Positions 1 to 14,368 of a DNA stretch of 64,000 nucleotides are shown here, one piece after another (position 1 is the first letter of the stretch; each line of letters opens with the position of its first letter). Source of the DNA: Balanoglossus misakiensis (Eukaryota; Animalia; Hemichordata); NCBI GenBank assembly GCA_040954595.2, contig CM082581.2, positions 10,601,099 to 10,665,098 of the forward strand. The letters are read 5' to 3'. The notes beneath the pieces were generated by a model that was given only the letters and a program-made list of their open reading frames with translations, made no database searches and had not been told where the DNA came from. A program made the position numbers and the translations under genes.

Positions 1-94
1 TACCACTAGTTTACCATTTTTAGGTTGTGGAATTTATGAAACGTTATTTATTTGTCCTTTTAATTTTCAAAATGGTGTCCGTTTTTTTTCTCAG

Positions 95-3580
<3,486 letters not shown>

Positions 3581-4245
3581 AATAAACTGCCATATCAACA
3601 TAGCATTTCAAGGATTGCAAAAGCATTATCTCCTTGAGGCGTAGTTCTAAGAAATATCAGTATTTATTAAACGAGGCTGCCTTAATTATCCCTTCAATCC
3701 ACACATACTGTTCCACACAAAATGATGTGAAACACACAGAAAATGTCCACAGTGCACAGTATTCTGAAATTTCTGAGGATTTCCATTTTGGACCAAACTA
3801 TGAAGTAATACATGATAATGATAAATTTATTTTGAAGGTGGTAGGTTAATGGGGGTCCCTGACCTGTCACCCCCAAGGCCTCTAAGTCTTCTCACTGAGT
3901 TAAACAGCCTGATCTCCAGGCACAGAAACTTGCAATCACAAGTTATCTACATGTAAATCTGTAAATTTATGATTTGTGACATGTTCTGTAGTTTTTTTCC
4001 AATTCTACAGCGCGCTCTGTATTAATATGATTTTGAAATGCTTTATGAGTATCATTTACATATCCATGAGAGATATGCGTGTCTCTGATGGAGAACAAAA
4101 CATTTAGAGTGTGTAGTACTGCCACGACATAAAGTCCGTTGCATGATATTAATCCGTCCTCTTGTGACTTTTAGACTATCCGTCCGTAAACTTCAAGGTT
4201 TGGAGACATAGGTTGACCTGGTCGGGATCCCAAATTTGAAAAAGT

Positions 4246-4298
4246 ATTTCTGTGGTAAGTAAGACCTCCATAGAAGGAATTGGGGTTGAAAGTGTTAA
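4246..4298. mobile_element. Partial copy of the piggyBac-like MITE family, in the HECTD2 3' UTR region
   Basis: tttctgtggtaag...gacctc...ggaattggggttgaaagtgttaa aligns with the right half of the copy at 1032-1116. Confidence 0.5.
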
Positions 4299-5632
4299 GT
4301 TCATGTATGTAGCATGCCTTTCAGGTTAATTGTCTCCACACAAACTTGTTATGAGGTTGCAATAACAGATAAAAACAGACTTAGTACTAGTATCTTGATT
4401 TTTTCTAGTTGTAAATATGTTTTTATATCAGTGATTTTTTAGCTTGAAATGATTTCTGTAAAGTTTTTATTTTCACTTGTTACAAATGATATTGTGCCTT
4501 AATATCAAACTGCCTTCTTCAACAACCAAGACTACATATATATCTTATTCTGCGTGTAGAAATCAATCAGTCAACTAGCCTGAAGTACACTTGAAAGTTT
4601 CTAAGGTCAGTGCATGTATATATACATTTCTGATTATAGCGCCACCAATAGTACCAATACCAACAGGAAAGCTTTAGTTGCAGAAATCATTTTATTTGCA
4701 TCAGATAATCTCTTTTCTTGCAACCCATCTGACAATCTGACAATACATAACACTCGATATGTTCTTGTGTGCAATAAGATGGGACTTTAGAAATTTGCAA
4801 AATTCTTTTTACTGGAGAGAAGTGTTTAGCGATGTACTTATAGAAATACTCTACGCATATTTAGTATGAAGTCCTATGCATGTTGTGTGTAGCTGGTGTT
4901 ATTTTCTGGTGATTGTGGCCACAAACCACTCACACTTCTATCTTTTGGTGAAAGGTGTGATTTGGTCAGTTTTGCCCTTTCATAGTCTGTTGCAAAGTTA
5001 TGTACATGTATTTATGGTTTCGAGAAATCCAGATTTCTAGGCTGATGATTGGCTGCTAAGGCAGATGCAAGGGTTCTGTTATGCAAATTGGTGTATGCAT
5101 TGACTGTACTGAACTGTCACCATGTACAGTGTAACTGAAAGTCCACACATGACCCTGTGAAAGAATAAAGTCACTTGTACATTTGACTTGACAATAACAG
5201 CCTCGCATAGTCACACTATGCCAGTGGAGACTTTGAGAGTTGGCAAGCAGAAATGTTAGGTTTTCCTGTACCCACTGTCCGACTTGTAAATAGATTCTAC
5301 ACTTTTATTTATTAGCTGTTTAGCAAACGTGTGGACGTGTGTAAATATATAGAATACAATAAAAAGGCTATCATATCAAGTGTGACACACGTTTCTCTCC
5401 CCTTTCATTGGTAACAGATGATTTGAGAACAGTACATGTGACAACATGTAGAAGTTACCGAGAAACTGTTCCAGTCTAATATTCCGATATATCTTCCAGT
5501 GTTACTGAGAATGATAGGCTGTAATCCCGGACAAGTGGGGTACCAACATGCAGCCACCTCACCCTGCATGTTTCTTTTTCCACCACAAGAGGGCAGTACA
5601 CACATCAAGTTCTCCAGGTGCACTGTGGGTCA

Positions 5633-7908
5633 TCAAACTCCTGTTGCTTGTTGGTTAACCGCTTTGCTGACTGCATCATCCTTATCCTTAGGATTGCTCT
5701 TCTCATCGACAGGATTTCTGTCTGTCCTCTTGCCAGGGTTCCAACTGGACGGCTCAAACGTTGCGTTTGTCCTCACATAGCAGCCGTCCTTGAACAACCT
5801 CACTAGAATCCTTTTGATATTCCTGGAGTCGGCCAAGCCGCTGTGTTCACGCCCATGGAAGCTCATTCCCAATTCTTCCAGCATCCGGCTGAGTTTGAGT
5901 CTCCGGGTGTGGTAGAAATTGCTGTACAAGTTGCGGATGTTGATGTACTTCCTGGCATAGTCCGGAAACGGGATTTCACTTAGCGCGCATTGCACACTGA
6001 GAAAGCACACAATGTCCCAGGGTCTAGAGAGTAGGATTAAACAAAAAAAAAGATTAAAACTTGGAGGATAAACAGACACTGGTCTCTTTGGTAGCTGTCA
6101 AGAAAGGACTGGAGTTTTGTGGTGAAGGTCACAATTGCTTACCCGTCTGTGAGAATGGAAAACGTGTACTTTTCACCAAGCTTCTTTTCCGCCATCCAAT
6201 CTTCAAATTTTTGGAAAACTCTTGAAAAAGTGTCAGCAGCATCCACTTGTTCCTGTTAAAGTAAACAAACAACAACAAATTAATTGATGTGGATACTTTT
6301 ACCTGCAGTGTGCTAAACCTTGCCTTATGTTTCAAAATTGGTAATGATGGCAGGTTTTACAGACTAATCACTTACCTGAGTGATGCCTGTAAGTTCAGTA
6401 CAAAACTTTGACAGTTTAGGATGCAACACTGGTTGACAAAATGAATGGAATTCATCTTCCTGCAATTGAAAAAAAAAGTATATCTCACATCTTGGAAATT
6501 AGTCATCAAAACGACTCAGTGTTTACTTCAGCAGTGTAAATGGATCAGTGGGTATTGCTATGTTCAAAAGTTTTTATACGGTTCATGGAAAAACTCACCA
6601 CTTTCAGAGTCTTGGTGTTCAGCAGCACCACAGGAAACTCAATAATCTCATGGATGTATTCATCAGGCGTCTCTTTCTCACAAGTAGCTTCAAAATCTAT
6701 CACCAATATGTAATCGAAGGGGCATTTGACGACAGGCTTGTCTTCATTTTCTTCTTCCTCGATACCCGCCTGGATCAGCATTTGTTTCTTGGTGTGTGCC
6801 TTTAATCTTTTCTTCAGAACTTCCTTGCTTCCGCTGTGGTGTCAAGGGAGGAAGAAGCACATGGGAGAGACGTGAACATGCCGCAAACTTTGATCTCTAG
6901 ACATGTATGTATTTCGTCCAATGCTGTGTACAAATAATTTTTAACACTTCTGCACTGACAAAAAACATCAAAACGTTTGAAGCCATTATCCTGTTGTTTC
7001 AAGAGAGAATGAACTTCCAATGTAATACTTACTCTACGTCTAGATTCAAATCTGCCAGTTTCTCAGACAACTGCTCCATGTTTAATCTATTGATTTCACC
7101 ATTCTTCAGAGAAATCTCTTTGTAAATGGGGTCACTGAAGTCCCCTCCCCCTGACCGTCCTGCCATTATGACTGGATTGTATCCATTGGTTTTGTTAACC
7201 TGTACAAAATGTAAATGTTCGGTCAGTGAACATCCTCATGTATCGGTATGATCATAGACAATACTACTGTCTATGGTATGAACTATCAACGTTATGCATA
7301 ACTAACCGGCCACAGTCCCCCCCCCCCCCCACTGGACGGTGGCCTGGGTTTAATTTACATAATTTGTTTATACACTGCCATGGAAACACTGGGCGGTAGC
7401 TCCATGGTATTGTGTATTACATACAACTCAATTAAACGCCTGTTTACGATGGAAATGCAGAACTTCCCCACCTTTTTACGTCTGACACCTGTTTTATCAG
7501 GCGACTCCACAGATTCCGTCGTCTTTGTTTTGATTTCTTGTTCAGATTTGCTACGTGACCTTTCACCCACAACAGCCACTTCCGAGTCGATACAAAATAT
7601 GGTTTTCAACAGATATCGGATCTGGTTCTCTTAGTGGACACGACTATACTCCACGGGCGATAATATGGTTTTTAGGGTTAGGGTTAGGAGGGTTAGGGTT
7701 AGGGTTAAATTCACCCTCACATTGCCACCCCTAACCCTCCTAACCCTAACCCTAACTCACCCTCATTGCCATGGTATCGTTGCCATGGGGTATAGTCGTG
7801 TCCACTAAGAGAACCAGATCCCAGATATCGACCCAAAAGCCATAGTGCTGATAAACCAAGTATTCCTACTGTGACAGCACCAGCTGATGAGTAGGAAAAC
7901 TCTGGCAT
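5633..7908 (-). CDS. ERI1: 3'-5' exoribonuclease ERI1 (SAP + DEDDh exonuclease); apparent exon 1 interrupted by a MITE; alternative in-frame ATG at 7166
   Basis: Spliced translation gives DFSDPIYKEISLKNGEINRL, the SAP motif GSKEVLKKRLK, VIDFEATC, HEIIEFPVVLLN, FCTELTGITQ, LTDGPWD and GREHSGLADSRN, all matching recalled human ERI1. Exon 1 (7908 to ~7472) joins exon 2 (starts 7199) in phase 0. Confidence 0.92.
7618..7821. mobile_element. 204-bp hairpin MITE with 32-bp perfect TIRs, internal inverted TTAGGG arrays and an 8-bp TSD (CAGATATC)
   Basis: TIR GGATCTGGTTCTCTTAGTGGACACGACTATAC at 7618-7649 with its exact reverse complement at 7790-7821. CAGATATC at 7610-7617 and 7822-7829. Internal ttagggttagggttaggagggttaggg is mirrored by ccctaaccctcctaaccctaaccctaa. 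Confidence 0.95.
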
Positions 7909-8783
7909 CGAAATATTGTCACTTGCTTCCGGGTTCTGTCCAAAGTCGTGTGTTCGTAATTCACTTACTCCAATTATTTAATGGTCCGCAGCAGTGGACT
8001 AGGCTCGTTCGACAGTTTAAATGTTTATTGTTGCCCAATCGTTTAATAGACGGCGATATAAAAATCGTAGTAAATGAAACTGAAATTTTAACAGTGTTTT
8101 ATAGTCGTTTATCCACATTAAAGTACTTAAAAGTTGTGTAAAAGACTTTTTTTCAGAGAGACATGTTTGAGGGCGCTTAGGGGAGGAAAGTTTGAAGTGC
8201 CAGACATTTTAATTAATTAAACTTCTGCAACTTAAAATCATGGAGTGGTGCTGCAGTCAGTGTCCACAGATGGCCAAGAAAGGTGCGAAGAAAAAGCCTG
8301 CAGTGCACTGCTACCAAACACCTGGCCAATATGGTGCTGCTGGTCTAAACCGAACATTTTCTGTAAGAACATAGGATACGCATGGTTTTGAATGAAATTT
8401 GCATACGTGTACACAGTAGCTAACTTGTTCTGTTTCTATGATACTTTCTCTTCGAATATGTTCAGTGCAATTATTATCTGATATTTATCAATTTACTTAT
8501 CAATCAAAGAGCCAAAAGTTACACAAATGTATGATTTTCCACATTCAGACAAAAAAAAACTTTTTAATATCAAAATGCATGCTTATCAATACAGTGTTTT
8601 TGACTATACTAAATTTGTACAGTTATTCCTTTTAATTAATTTGCCTTAAATTGTATGTATATTCAAACAGGTGAACCACCAAGTTACATGAATTCCACAG
8701 CTGGACAGTGATACCTGTGAGTATATGAACAAAAACTGCCAAGCACACAGAAATTAACATACTGTCAATTTTTCGAACTGCAG

Positions 8784-8925
8784 TAGCTGTGGCATCGCAG
8801 CTGTACCGTGCGTGGGGGGGGGGGGGGGGGGGAGATGCTAATTACCCCCAGGGTACCACCATGGGGGGGGGGGGGGGGCATTGGCATCTCCTCCCCCAAA
8901 CGGTACAGCCGCGATACCACAGCTA
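8784..8925. mobile_element. Palindromic MITE with TAG...CTA termini and poly-G runs
   Basis: tagctgtggcatcgcagctgtaccgt (8784) pairs with acggtacagccgcgataccacagcta (ends 8925) with 2 mismatches. Inner gagatgctaat/attggcatctc also pair. No clear TSD. Confidence 0.7.
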
Positions 8926-10020
8926 GACCTACACCTGCATATCACTCAAGTCTCATTACAACAGAAATGTTGACGATAGTGGTTATTGTGACCTTGACAT
9001 AGAAGTTTCCACTAAATCTGTCATGGGGTAACTAAGTGTTATTTCAAAGGTCGCTAGATATATAATCAAACATCTGGTCAAACAGAATTTTTTTCTAATT
9101 TTGCAGAAAAGATTGAGTTTTGATACAACGCTGTAATTACAGTTAATTTACAGGTGTTTATTATGTTGTTTTCCTGACTGAAATCTATTGACTCAACAGT
9201 TGTTGTCGAGAGCTCTTTTTTCTCCTCCTTCCCTCTGTAGTGATCCAATTACTCTACATAGTGCCATATAGAAAATATTTGTGGACTTAGACCCCAAATT
9301 GTATTGATGAAAACGCTGAGGAGATAGCAAGGGTTTCAACACCTACGCTAGATGTGCTATAAATAGCATCGTATACATAGAGATTGTTTCAGTGTATTCA
9401 CACTTAATAAGCCATTAATATTAATAATCCATTTATTCAGCATTTACAAAGACATGTATTTGAACACGTACACTGTCCTTGATGAGTAATATGGCCTTAT
9501 GGGGGCCAATCAGCTGAATTTAAGTGGCAGTTTTAGTGGCAAAATGAGCTTACATTCAGAAGTTTTTTTCACTATTCTCAAAATTCAAATAAAACCAAAT
9601 CAAATCACATCAAACCAAATCAAAATAGCAAACAAACAGTAATAAACAAATAAAACATAAACGACATATTCATCATATTAGATTACAAACCAATATATAT
9701 CATAAAAATACTGAACAAATATCAGAAGTTACAGCTACTTGTGGCTCTTTGAGTCAAATTTTACGTATTTGGGTCAGCACAACAAGTAAATGCGAAGCAA
9801 AAATTTTTATCCATTGCAAATGGACACAATGACAGAAAGAACTCATAACTGTAGCTTGATTTCTTTTCAGAAATAAGAACAAAATATATTTTTTGTTTAA
9901 ATTTAAAAAAATCCAGTGCAGTTTAGGCAGTTGAGTTGTACTTTTTCTCAACTGGGAGTATGAATACACTGTAGTAAAACTTATAACATATAGGTGGTTA
10001 TGGCGATAATTCTACAGGTG

Positions 10021-12687
10021 TTACACTGAGTACTTGATCGGTCGGAACTGAGATGCCTTTGATGGATCTGTGGGAGAATGTTCGATGTTTTGCTGATCAC
10101 CTCCCGGTAGCAGTACTGTCTCCTCGTTCAAACTGTCATGATCGAGCTCTTGGTCGTCGTCTTCATGTTTGCTCGACTGGCTGTGTAGTTTCTGAGCCTC
10201 TCTCTGTTGTCGACTCTCTCTGGATGGCACACTGCTGCGAGATGAGCCGCTGCTGTCGCTTCCTCTCTTCCAAGGCTCGTCACGGCGACGGTGAATTTCA
10301 TCTTCGGCGACAAAGTCCTTGCTTTCCGTGTCCCTGGTTCTCAGATTTCCCCCGCTTGAATTATTCGCGTGATCTCCGAGGAACCTGACATCAAGTCTCG
10401 TTTCCATTTCACTCCCGGACGATTCAAGGGTGCCGTCGCGCAGTCCGTTCTGTTCCGTCATGTTCCCGTCGCCGTACGTCTTCCTCTGCGGAAGTGGTTT
10501 CATGGGAATCGATATTCCGTCAGATTCACTGTCAGCATCGGTGTGCAGGTGAGCGTTGTTATTCTGGAGGTACTTCAAGAAGTGCTCCGACTCATTCCGT
10601 GGCACGCAGTTTGGGGTGGCGGGCTCTTTGTAGTGAACGGACGCGTAGCCTTTGTCTTTGGGATCCCTGCATCCCTTGACGGCACGGCAACCGATCACCA
10701 TGGAAACGCAAAAGACCGTGAGGCTGACCAGGCCCAAGCTGAGAATTTGAGCGGGGCCTTTGTTGCAGACGATGTTGGGTTCAAAAGCCAGGATTGGCTG
10801 GCCTTCAAGTGTGGCCGGATAGGCACACGTGTACTCATTGGCGTTGACAATAGTGATCGTTGCATTTTCGAGCCAATAGCAGAACCACTCCAGATCACAG
10901 GTGCAGTGAAATGGGTTATCTGCCATGTTCAACACCTGCAAACTTGACAAACCCGCAAAAGTGGTCTCATTCACCATTGTAATCAAGTTCGATTGGAGAT
11001 CCAAGGCGTGCAATGTGGACAAGTCAGCGAATAGACCCCGGCCAAGCTGGCTTATGTCATTGTCACTCAAGTCGAGGTAGAGCAACTGCTTCAGACTTTG
11101 AAACGTTCCGGGATGGATCACATCCAGACGGTTCCCCCGGAGGGACAGCCTGGTCAGAGTTTGACGCAGCGGCAGGAACACCGTGCTGTTGTGCACGAAG
11201 AGAGATCCGTTGTTGAGATCGTTGTGTCCCAGGTCCAGCTGCTGCAGGGAACTCATTCCGGCAAAAGTGTTGGAGATGATGGTGGAAATGTTGTTGTGAC
11301 TCAAATCCAAGTACGTGCATTCAAAGAGGTGCCGGAACGGGACGACCCCGGGAATTTCCGTCAAGATGTTGTGCGACAAGTCCAGCGTCTTGAGAGCAGT
11401 GGTGTTGTGGAAGACGTCTTTCGAGATGCTTGAAAATTGGTTGTGTGATAAGTTGAGGTGGTTTAGGACCATAGCTTGACCGCCAAAGATTCCAGGTTGA
11501 AGTGTACCACTGAGCTGATTCCTACTGAGGTCTAAACTTGAGAGTTTGTTCAGCCCCCAGAAGGCCGCATTGGGAATTTCACCACTCAACTTGTTCGCGG
11601 ACAATACTAGCTCTTGGAGGGTGGTTTTCACAGTCGACAGGTCTGAATAGGTCTCCAGTTGATTTCCGGTCAGATTGAGAATCTTCAGATGACGCAAATC
11701 GGCAAGGACGGACGCTTCTAGAAATTCTATCTTGTTGTAGGAGAAATCGAGGTGTCTGAGGCTGGGTAGAGGGAAAGTGTTTGGACTGAGCTTGCGCAGG
11801 TAGTTGAATGACAAGTCGAGCACTTTCAATGTTGACTGTTTCAGCGCTTGAAAAGTGGTGTTTCCAATATCGGTCCAGGCCATCTCTCGCAGACGGAGTA
11901 TTTTCATTTGGGCATTCTGCAGGCCGTACAACACTTCAGCCATGTAAGAGGGGGTCAGCAAATTGCCACTCAAGTCAAGAGAACTTATCCTCTGAAAGTA
12001 CTTGAAGGAGTCTTGATTTATCGTCTGTAGATCATTGTAAGAGAGATCGAGTCCTTGAAGCATTGTGCCGTTTAGGCCGACAAAGTCCTCGCTCTGGATT
12101 GCGGAGATCTCGTTTTCAGCCAGATTCAGCTCGAGGAGAGTATTGAGATTCCAAAAAGACTCGTCGAAGTTGAGCTTCTTGATTGAATTCTGCCGCAAGT
12201 CCAACACTTGTAGAACATGAAGTGGGGTCACTGCCCGTGGTACGACAGTGAGAAAGTTTCCTTTCAAAGACAAGTGCTGCAGTGAGGGGGTGTGTCTGAA
12301 TGTGTCCGCATGGATTCCCCCGATGTAGTTGTCCGACAGGATCAGTTTCTGCAGGCGCATCAAACCAGCGAAGGCACGCTGCGAAACAGTTTCAACGTTG
12401 CTATCGGACAGATCTAAAAGTTGCAGATTAATGAGGCCGCTGAACATACCTGCACCAAGTTCGGTGATGTTGTTGCCACTCAAATCCAGAACGACTATTT
12501 CCGATGACAGGTTTGCGGGGACCTCCTGCAGGCCCAGATCACTGCAGTCAAGTTCTGTGTCATTGTAGAAGCTGAGACACATATTCGGCTCAGAATTTCC
12601 AGACAGAGATGTCCCCTTCACGAGAACACCCAACCCCAGACATACTGCAATGACAGCAATTATACACACTCTGCACGAGACAGCCAT
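10021..12687 (-). CDS. Intronless type-I membrane LRR protein (TLR-like ectodomain, no TIR domain)
   Basis: 888-aa ORF: signal peptide, LRRNT (C..DCS..GL..VP), about 20 LxxLxLxxN repeats, LRRCT (NPFHCTCDLEWF...C.YP...C), TM ILSLGLVSLTVFCVSMVIGC, and a ~220-aa charged/Ser-rich tail ending IKYSV. Confidence 0.9.
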   Translation of the reverse strand: MAVSCRVCIIAVIAVCLGLGVLVKGTSLSGNSEPNMCLSFYNDTELDCSDLGLQEVPANLSSEIVVLDLSGNNITELGAGMFSGLINLQLLDLSDSNVETVSQRAFAGLMRLQKLILSDNYIGGIHADTFRHTPSLQHLSLKGNFLTVVPRAVTPLHVLQVLDLRQNSIKKLNFDESFWNLNTLLELNLAENEISAIQSEDFVGLNGTMLQGLDLSYNDLQTINQDSFKYFQRISSLDLSGNLLTPSYMAEVLYGLQNAQMKILRLREMAWTDIGNTTFQALKQSTLKVLDLSFNYLRKLSPNTFPLPSLRHLDFSYNKIEFLEASVLADLRHLKILNLTGNQLETYSDLSTVKTTLQELVLSANKLSGEIPNAAFWGLNKLSSLDLSRNQLSGTLQPGIFGGQAMVLNHLNLSHNQFSSISKDVFHNTTALKTLDLSHNILTEIPGVVPFRHLFECTYLDLSHNNISTIISNTFAGMSSLQQLDLGHNDLNNGSLFVHNSTVFLPLRQTLTRLSLRGNRLDVIHPGTFQSLKQLLYLDLSDNDISQLGRGLFADLSTLHALDLQSNLITMVNETTFAGLSSLQVLNMADNPFHCTCDLEWFCYWLENATITIVNANEYTCAYPATLEGQPILAFEPNIVCNKGPAQILSLGLVSLTVFCVSMVIGCRAVKGCRDPKDKGYASVHYKEPATPNCVPRNESEHFLKYLQNNNAHLHTDADSESDGISIPMKPLPQRKTYGDGNMTEQNGLRDGTLESSGSEMETRLDVRFLGDHANNSSGGNLRTRDTESKDFVAEDEIHRRRDEPWKRGSDSSGSSRSSVPSRESRQQREAQKLHSQSSKHEDDDQELDHDSLNEETVLLPGGDQQNIEHSPTDPSKASQFRPIKYSV

Positions 12688-14368
12688 CTTTTCCCGGGTT
12701 GTCAGAATTCAAACACTGCCAGGGTATTATTGTAGTAGTTCTAAAGATATTACCAGTAATCAGTTCTTGATTTCACAGAAATCTCTTGATCTCAGGACTG
12801 TTTCCTCTTCCCAGTGGACACTCAGCTGGTTATTGATCCATTGTCTGGTACAAATACGGTGAACATTTCCGCTCAGAGTGGTCTTCTTTACAGAGACCTA
12901 ACTGCAGTCGTACACGCCTCACTAACCTGGCTGTCTTCTGGCAATTATTTGCGGACCAACACATGACCCTTGATATGTGACCAGACTGGTTAATAAGTTA
13001 ACAATTAAACAGCACAATGGTCTGTTATAAAGTTGGCCTTGAGGGGCTCAGTGTGTCCAGCCAGCTAGACAAAAAGAAAATTCTAACTATGTTTAACATG
13101 TCCAAACTCTCTTCACTCAGTTCGGCAGCTTTTGGAGACTTTTATTGAGTTGTTCTTTGTCATGCAAACACTGTCATATAAATGCATGGAAATCCCTTGG
13201 AATTTACGGCCTATGCCTATAGAGACCCTGAGCTTTCAGTTAATCAAAGAATAGTTTACAAAATGCTTAGCGTATGGAGCATGTGTATACCTGTCCCAGT
13301 GCATTGGTAGCTCTAAATTAATTAGTTTCCATTGTAAACTTTGTTTTCAGAGTTTCTGGTGTCTATTGACAACATTTACATTGCGTCGTTACTATTTACT
13401 CAGTAGCCCTCTAGTGTCCTCATGGATATTTCTGTGCCCCTTTGTTTTCACAACACCACCTGTTGCTAGTATCAGAAGTCGAACTCTCAGAATTTCAAAA
13501 AATGAAATTGCAATATGAAAAACCAACAGAAGAATGAAATAAACATTTTGCGAGAGTATGACAGTGATAAAAACTGTCATTTTATGTATTAATATTTTTT
13601 CTCTATAGAAAACAGTCAAGAAACAACCAAGATAGTGTTTGTTTACAAACTCTATGACCATGGATGACAGTTGGTATCAATGTCAGATCCATGCGAGTGT
13701 TACAGGTACTTTTAATATGCCAGATACGTTCATTTTGGTGTATTAGAAAGTTTTTTTGTATTTACAGTTTTGCAGATTTTTTGCAACATAAATGACTGAA
13801 AGATAGCATTGCCTTGGCAACCACTGTGTGATTTGACATTAGAGTGACCTTGACAGGAGGGACAACTGTTGTGTTTGTGTCTTGAGCCATCATCGTAATT
13901 TGAATGACAAAAGTAATGCTTACTTACATAAGGCCATTGTCGCACAGTTTCACTTAATGAGGGTTATAGACCTACTGGGGAGTTGGCGGACTTGACGTGA
14001 CAATCAGAAGTTATCAGCTCTGGCAACCATGAGAAGTTGACAGCAGTTGTTGTTAAGGCGAGTTGAAGTGAGTATTTTGGAAAAGTGTAAAAAGGTCAAA
14101 TTGTCATTTTGTAAATATTGATCAAAAGCACAATGTGACTGTACTGTCAGTGCACAGACATCGTCTTTTAGCTGTGTATACACCTATTTGTTAGTGTATT
14201 GTTTTGATCCCTTTCACTACACAGTGTTACTTTTTGTAAGATCTCGTCCACTGCTTGTACTAACCACATGACATGGAATACTGTGATTTCCACACTTAGG
14301 GGTGTAGTACAATTAAAAGATAAAATGGAGCAAGTTTCAGTGAAATTGCACTGACAGTTGACTGAGCA

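Noticed and set aside
7674-7756. Head-to-head TTAGGG/CCCTAA arrays as a telomere-fusion site
   Set aside because: The arrays are short, enclosed by TIRs and a TSD, and the flanks rejoin into one exon, so a transposon explains them better.
10053-12568. Multiple plus-strand ORFs overlapping the LRR gene (similar cases at 21766-22299, 38198-40198 and 60012-60527)
   Set aside because: They are antisense or alternate-frame shadows of GC-rich coding sequence with no domain features.
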